DNA from: Eledone cirrhosa
Taxonomy: Eukaryota
Direction: 5' to 3'
DNA length: 64,000 nt
Assembly: GCA_964016885.1 (NCBI GenBank)
Contig: OZ024741.1
Location: 306,404,001-306,468,000, forward strand
Shown here piece after piece: positions 62,479 through 64,000 of the stretch (positions within the stretch are counted from its first letter, which is position 1; each line of letters opens with the position of its first letter). The notes beneath the pieces were generated by a model. It was given only the letters and a program-made list of their open reading frames with translations. It made no database searches and was not told the DNA's origin. The position numbers and the translations under genes are program-made.

Positions 62479-64000
62479 CTGTTAAAAAAAAGTTATAAAT
62501 ATTTTTTATATATTTATAGTGTGAAGACAAATGATGAATTGTAGAGGATGATTGGAATAGAGCCAGTGATAACGGTTTTGAAGAGAAATGGCATGAAATG
62601 ATTGGGTCATGTGTTGAGGAACGATGAAAGTGATTGAATGAGAGGAGTGGTAGGAATAGAATCAGTGATGAATATTGTGAAGAGAAATTGTATAAGAGGG
62701 GTTGGTCATGTGCTGAGGAAGGATGAAAGTGACTGGATAGGAGGAGAGATAGAAATGCATGTGGAAGATTGTAAAAGAGGGGGATGGCTAAAAAAGACCA
62801 GGATAAGGATTATAACGGCGGCGAAGATTCAAAACCGAATCTGAGCTTTCCCGCTTCTGGGACAAGTCGTGGTAAGTTGTTTACGTTCAAGAGACTAACC
62901 CCTGGGGAGAGGCTAAACACAGGTCAGAGGTGTTTACGCCTGACAGAAAATAGGTCAGAGGATATATCTACCCTTCTAACTTCAACCCTTGTAAATGCAG
63001 GGGTTGTTTACGCCCCGGCAGAAAAGAAGTGATATACAGACAAGACAAGTGGCATTTACAAGCTCTCATCACAAAATACCAGTCTGTCACTTATTCTCAC
63101 CTGCCTGGCTGATCGCTGACTTCTACTACTAAAACAAGCAAATATACTGATACGCACACACGCATTCATAGTAAGTTCACACTGTTTGCATCTTTACACG
63201 CACCATTTCTTTTTATTTACGTTTGTATCTTTCGGATGCAGTACAAATTATATTATAATCTTATTCAGTGATACTTGTATTTACGTGGCTCAAAGTGCCA
63301 CCAAATTATTGTACGAATATTTTGTGTTATTGATTTTATCATTCAATATTCAAATTGAATATTGTTATAATAAAATAAACTTTGTAACAACACAATCCTG
63401 GTATTTTTCTTTACATCAAAACCATCATACCAACAGTTATATCCATCCACTTATCGTTACAACCACACAAATATTCCATTACAGGATGATGGAGAAGGGT
63501 TGGTGCATATGATAGACTGTAATAAAAAAGGCTGTCCTCAGGCTAACCCTTGCTTTAGCAAGGAAAATAGCCTTAAAATATTTGTTTTTGTATAGTATGA
63601 AACTGAATTTCAAAAGAAAAAGAAACAGGATGATATTAAGATGCTAGTGCAATAAAATATCTACAATTGTGAATCAAAACTTATTTGTAGATTGTGTAAT
63701 ATTTATAACTGTAGAAAATCCAAGGTGATTTCTAATTCCTATCAAAAGTTAGCAATGGAAAAAATGTTGCAAATGCCTCAGTCAATACAACCATTGAAAA
63801 TACACTAAAAACAAATAAAGTGTACCATATGAATGAAGTGCGAACAAATTATTGAACAGACAAACAAAATTCTCATAAAATTTATCACAAAATGCTTTAT
63901 ACCAAACTATATAAGTTAGCAATATAATGCATGCATGGACCTGTAACTCCTGAGGAAGTCATTTGGGCGCCATATTGACATATAGCATTTCTTAGGCATT

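Overview
AT-rich, repeat-dense eukaryotic genomic DNA. The repeat landscape (TA/CA microsatellites, tRNA-derived SINEs with RTE-type tails, Nin/Deu-domain SINEs, RTE and CR1 LINEs) suggests an octopus or other coleoid cephalopod; this is an inference. The main host feature is largely invisible in the ORF track: a complete 16-exon DNAAF3 (axonemal dynein assembly factor 3) gene on the minus strand, ATG at 46162 to TGA at 10981. I assembled it by hand; all introns are GT-AG with consistent phases, giving 1476 nt / 491 aa. An RFX X-box and a forkhead motif lie just upstream. The 3' part of a second minus-strand gene with a Cys-rich VWC/pacifastin-like exon lies at about 56.7-62.5 kb. The rest is mobile DNA: a near-full-length CR1-type LINE, several RTE LINE fragments with a PHD-like finger inside ORF2, Tx1 and CRE-type fragments, Penelope-like (PLE) GIY-YIG and RT fragments, Tc1/mariner, hAT and piggyBac-type MITEs, LTR-like repeats and a 3.5 kb satellite with a 40-bp unit. 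The most unusual observations are minimal hammerhead-ribozyme motifs in DNAAF3 introns (sense to the pre-mRNA), a set of long fold-back palindromes, and three-level nested elements. All coordinates were read by eye and no searches were run.
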